The notes under the pieces were generated by a model that was given only the letters and a program-made list of their open reading frames with translations, had not been told where the DNA came from and made no database searches. A stretch of DNA of 47,267 nucleotides from a bacterium (lineage in GTDB: Bacteria > Gemmatimonadota > Gemmatimonadetes > Gemmatimonadales > Gemmatimonadaceae): assembly GCA_040005695.1 (NCBI GenBank), contig JBDTYL010000265.1:1-47267 (forward strand), given 5' to 3'. Numbering within the stretch: position 1 is the first letter of the stretch; every line of letters begins with the position of its first letter. Shown here piece after piece: positions 44,005 to 47,267 of the stretch. The position numbers and the translations under genes are program-made.

Positions 44005-46167
44005 TCACTCGGTCGGCGCGTCGGCGAGCGGAAGACAGAGCGTGAAGGTGCTTCCCTTGCCCTCCGCGCTCTGCACGGTGAGGTCGCCACCCATGCCACG
44101 TGCGAGGTCGCGGCTGATCGCGAGGCCGAGGCCGACGCCGCCAGTGGGCTCGATGAGTGAGCGATGCACCTGCACGAAGGGCTCGAAGACCGCATCGCGC
44201 CGGTCCGCGGGGATTCCAATGCCCGTGTCGGCGACACGAATGAGCACTTCGTGGACACGAACCTCGCAGCTCACGTCGATGTGGCCGCCGACCGGCGTGA
44301 ACTTCACGCTATTCGAAAGGAGATTGAGCAGGATCTGGCGCGCCTTGTCGCGATCGGCAGACACGGCCACCGAGGAATCGTCCATCACGTGGCAGTGGAA
44401 CGTGAGCTTGCCCGAGTGGAGCTGCGGCTCCATGAATCCCTGCAGCTCCTCCAGCAGGGAGGCCACCGGAATGGCGCGTACCTCGTATTCGACGTGCCCC
44501 GCCTCAACGCGTGCGAAGTTCAGCACGCTCGTGATGAGTCCCTGCAGGTGGCGCTGCGCCCGCTGCACGCGCTCGAGGTCCGACCGCTGCGCGTCCGTCA
44601 CGGGGCCACGCAGGCCGATCGCAATGAGTTCGGTGTAGCCCGCGATCGCATTGAGCGGCGTGCGCAACTCGTGGCTCATGGCCGCCAGGAACTCCGCCTT
44701 CGCGCGATTCGCCGTCTCCGCCTCGAGCTGCGCACTGCGCGCGGCGTCGAACTGTCGCGCGTTGTCGATGGCGATGGCGGCACGGCGCGCCAGCTCGCCA
44801 GCCAGCGCGAGGTCTTCCGACGTATAGCGGCGGCGCGACTCGGCCGAGACGAGGGTGAGCGCGCCAAACGTCTGGCCACGAGCCACGAGCGGCACCACCA
44901 TGGCCGAGCGCAGGTCGAGCTCGCGCGAGAGGCGCAGATGGTCCTCGTCCTCGGCGCTCGCGACGATCATCTCGTCGGAGATCTCGCTGTACAGTTCAGG
45001 CACGCCGGTGCGGACCACCGCCGGCGCCCCAGTGGGGGCGTCGGTGCGTGGGGGATAGCGGCGGTTCAGCTCACGCGCCCACGCGATCTTGGCCGGGTCC
45101 ACATGTGCGACTGCCGCCTGCGCGAGCTGTCCCTTGTCGCCCACGAGGTCGATGCCGCACCAGTCCGCGAGCTCCGGCACCACGAGGTCAGCCAGTTTCT
45201 GGAGGCGCGTCGCGGCGTCGAGCGGCGTGGCGAGCAGATCGCTCGCCCGGTCGAGATAGTGAACCGCTTCCTCGGCCTTTTTCCGGACGGTGACGTCCTT
45301 CCACAATGTCGCGAGACCACCGTCGGGAAGCGGATAGCACCGCAGCTCCGACCACGTGCCCTGATCGGCGGCGAACAACTCGAATTCCACCGTGACCCGC
45401 TCGCGGGCCGCGCGCTTCATCTCCGCCTGGGTGGGGGTGCCCACGAGCCCGGGGTAGAGGTCCCATACCACCTTCCCGATGATGTCCGCCCGCGCGATGT
45501 GCGCGCTATCCTCGAGCGCCCTGGCGGCCGCCGAATTGACGAAGCGAAAGCGCCACTCGGCGTCCTGCACCACGAATGGCTCGCTGATGCTCTCGAGGAT
45601 CCCGCCCAGGTACGCTTCGCCCGCTTCGGCCACCGCCATGCTCTGTGCCAGCTCTTCGGACAGCGTGTTGGACTCCTCGAGCTGCACCTCGAGCTCGACG
45701 GCCTGCGATTCCAGCTGGTCGACGAGCGCCGCATTGTCGCGTGCAGCGAGGCGAAGCCGCGACTCCGCCTTGCGGCGGCGGTCCGCGACGGTGCTCACCA
45801 GCAGCGACGCGAGGAGGAAGATGGCCAGCGGGATCAAGTCGTTCGCTCGTCCCACCGCGAACGACCACCGCGGCGCCGTGAGTACGAGATGCACCACCGT
45901 CACGGACAGCACCGACGCGAGAACCGCAGGCCCCAGCCCCGCAAGCACAGCCGTCACCAGGACGGCCGGCCAGAACAGCATGAAGCGCACGCTCTCCAGC
46001 ACGTCGCCCAGCAACAAGGACCCTGCAAGCGCCAGCGCGACCGCGCCGACCGGCAGGGCATAGCGAAGGACTCCCCGCAGGACAGGCGGCTCGTTGAGCG
46101 CGGCAGCACGCTCGCCGGAAGTGCCGGTGCGTACCCGCAGCATCCCACCAGTCCGGTACGGATCCAT
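44005..46167 (-). CDS. membrane sensor histidine kinase (DUF4118-like TM region / PAS / GAF / HisKA / HATPase)
   Basis: This is the part of ORF 44005..47025 from ATG 46167 (alternative ATG 46143). It has 3-4 transmembrane helices, a coiled coil, a PAS module, a GAF-like module (ADWCGIDLV...GALTLV), an H-box (FLAAMSHELRTPLNAI) and N/G boxes. The upstream part of the ORF overlaps pdeM in another frame. Confidence 0.85.
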   Translation of the reverse strand: MDPYRTGGMLRVRTGTSGERAAALNEPPVLRGVLRYALPVGAVALALAGSLLLGDVLESVRFMLFWPAVLVTAVLAGLGPAVLASVLSVTVVHLVLTAPRWSFAVGRANDLIPLAIFLLASLLVSTVADRRRKAESRLRLAARDNAALVDQLESQAVELEVQLEESNTLSEELAQSMAVAEAGEAYLGGILESISEPFVVQDAEWRFRFVNSAAARALEDSAHIARADIIGKVVWDLYPGLVGTPTQAEMKRAARERVTVEFELFAADQGTWSELRCYPLPDGGLATLWKDVTVRKKAEEAVHYLDRASDLLATPLDAATRLQKLADLVVPELADWCGIDLVGDKGQLAQAAVAHVDPAKIAWARELNRRYPPRTDAPTGAPAVVRTGVPELYSEISDEMIVASAEDEDHLRLSRELDLRSAMVVPLVARGQTFGALTLVSAESRRRYTSEDLALAGELARRAAIAIDNARQFDAARSAQLEAETANRAKAEFLAAMSHELRTPLNAIAGYTELIAIGLRGPVTDAQRSDLERVQRAQRHLQGLITSVLNFARVEAGHVEYEVRAIPVASLLEELQGFMEPQLHSGKLTFHCHVMDDSSVAVSADRDKARQILLNLLSNSVKFTPVGGHIDVSCEVRVHEVLIRVADTGIGIPADRRDAVFEPFVQVHRSLIEPTGGVGLGLAISRDLARGMGGDLTVQSAEGKGSTFTLCLPLADAPTE

Positions 46168-46381
46168 CGGGTCTGACACGGTGGACGAGGGGCTGGGGAG
46201 CGAAAAGGAAGAATTCAGCGGATGGACAGTCCGGGCGGAGCTCTTGGCAGATGGCAAACGTCGTGCTCGCGCCCATACAAACCTTAATGCCGCATATTGC
46301 CCGACCGGATCACGCGAAGGAAGTGGGAGCACGGCACCTCGAACAGGGAGCCCTGGATGCCTACCTCGGCGGCACGTCCGC

Positions 46382-47044
46382 CTACCCGCGACCGAAGCGA
46401 ACCGGCTCGACGCTGTCGTCGCCGACGACCCAGAGACGATCACCCGGACGCGCATCGACCTCAGCGCAGCCCGTGAACTCGCCGAATGCCGGCAGGATCC
46501 CGACGTCGCGACCGAACCAGAAGCATGCGAGGCGCTCACGTTGGCGCGCCGGACCCTGCAGCACGACACACGGATGCCTGTGGCCGGCAAGCACGTACCT
46601 ACCGGGAACGGGCGACGGATGGTGCTGGAGCGCGAACGGCGCCTCGAGCAACGGGCCATCGATGCACTCGATGCCGACCGCTGGAGGAGGGTCACCGGCA
46701 CGACGGTCGTGGTTGCCGCGCACGAGCACCATGTCGACACTCCCGTGACTCGCGCGCCATTTGCGCAGCGTCTCGAAGGTCTCGTCCGCGCGTCCCTCCT
46801 TCGCGTGCAGGAAGTCGCCGAGGAAGACAACGCGGTGCGGCGCGTGGTCCGCCACCAGCGCATCGAGTCGAGACAGGTTGCCTGCTGTCGTCCCGACCGG
46901 TGCACGCACGCCGAGCGAGCGGAATGATGCAGCCTTGCCGAAGTGCGGGTCGGCGACGAGGAGGATGCGCGCGCGCGGCCAGTACACGGCGCGCGCGGGC
47001 GACAAGATGAGTTCCTCACCCGCAACCTCTGCGTGTGCGGTCAT
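46382..47044 (-). CDS. pdeM: ligase-associated DNA damage response metallophosphoesterase PdeM
   Basis: 220 aa. It has calcineurin-like phosphoesterase motifs in PdeM order: LLVADPHFGK, FLGDFLH, VRGNHD, GHRHP. The start overlaps the stop of the upstream helicase fragment (ATGA). Confidence 0.8.
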   Translation of the reverse strand: MTAHAEVAGEELILSPARAVYWPRARILLVADPHFGKAASFRSLGVRAPVGTTAGNLSRLDALVADHAPHRVVFLGDFLHAKEGRADETFETLRKWRASHGSVDMVLVRGNHDRRAGDPPPAVGIECIDGPLLEAPFALQHHPSPVPGRYVLAGHRHPCVVLQGPARQRERLACFWFGRDVGILPAFGEFTGCAEVDARPGDRLWVVGDDSVEPVRFGRG

Positions 47045-47267
47045 CCGGCGGCCTTCTCCAGCGCGAGCTGCATGCGCCTGATGCGGTCGGCGAGCTTCTC
47101 GCTCGAGACCTTGTGCCGGGTGCGGTCCACGAGCAGAGGAAACGACAGCGGCGAGAATCGCTTCGGCGTCGTGACGACGACCTTCGATGCGGAGAGGCGC
47201 TGCAGCGCAGTACCGAGCCGGCTCCGCTCCAGCTGGCGCTCGAGCACTTCGCGATGCGCCTGCGCGA
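47041..47267 (-). CDS. C-terminal end of a large helicase, probably the Lhr-type DEXH helicase of the ligase-associated damage response operon (5' part outside the window)
   Basis: The frame is open to the window edge and is coupled to pdeM. Only about 75 codons are visible, so the identity comes from the known Lhr-PdeM gene order rather than from motifs. Confidence 0.5.
   Translation of the reverse strand, partial: AQAHREVLERQLERSRLGTALQRLSASKVVVTTPKRFSPLSFPLLVDRTRHKVSSEKLADRIRRMQLALEKAAG

Noticed and set aside
1-47267. A mobile element, prophage, genomic island or known defence-system gene set, for example next to tRNA-Asn.
   Set aside because: I found no integrase, transposase, recombinase, phage structural, restriction-modification, toxin-antitoxin or Cas-like translations in any frame. 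There are no direct repeats of the tRNA 3' end. Composition is uniform apart from the short AT-richer intergenic patches.

Overview
This is a 47.3-kb, very GC-rich (roughly 68-70% by eye) and densely coding bacterial chromosomal segment. I call about 39 protein genes, one tRNA-Asn and one decayed gene. I see no transposase, integrase, phage or CRISPR signatures. The long ORFs in the track that run antisense to real genes are high-GC shadow frames.

Gene content:
- Central metabolism: PEP carboxylase; an aminotransferase with a C-N hydrolase; korAB-type 2-oxoacid:ferredoxin oxidoreductase with a GltD-like/ferredoxin fusion; pectinesterase with a PfkB kinase.
- Signalling: PAS-GGDEF-EAL, three PAS histidine kinases, a FIST protein and an RsbQ/KAI2-like hydrolase. 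No stand-alone response regulator or HTH regulator is visible.
- DNA end repair: divergent ligD and ku-DUF72-5'-3'-exonuclease genes; PdeM plus an Lhr-type helicase tail at the right edge; a UvrD helicase carrying an inserted DEDDh exonuclease.
- Envelope or secreted proteins: beta-barrel, lipoproteins, a serpin, a TonB-C protein, an NRAMP transporter.
- Three clusters of hairpin (REP-like) repeats.

The repeat types and composition suggest a soil Gemmatimonadota/Acidobacteriota-like organism. That is inference only.

Candidates I rank highest:
1. A promoter, an Asn-rich leaderless mini-ORF and a terminator stacked directly upstream of tRNA-Asn.
2. A translationally coupled PAS / RsbQ-KAI2-type hydrolase / PAS-histidine kinase / FIST operon.
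3. A ku-DUF72-FEN operon divergent from ligD.
4. A UvrD helicase with an embedded DEDDh exonuclease.
5. A two-member secreted protein family, each copy followed by the same hairpin repeat, one of them as a 3x tandem array.

All functional calls rest on motifs I recognise in the translations. No database search was run.
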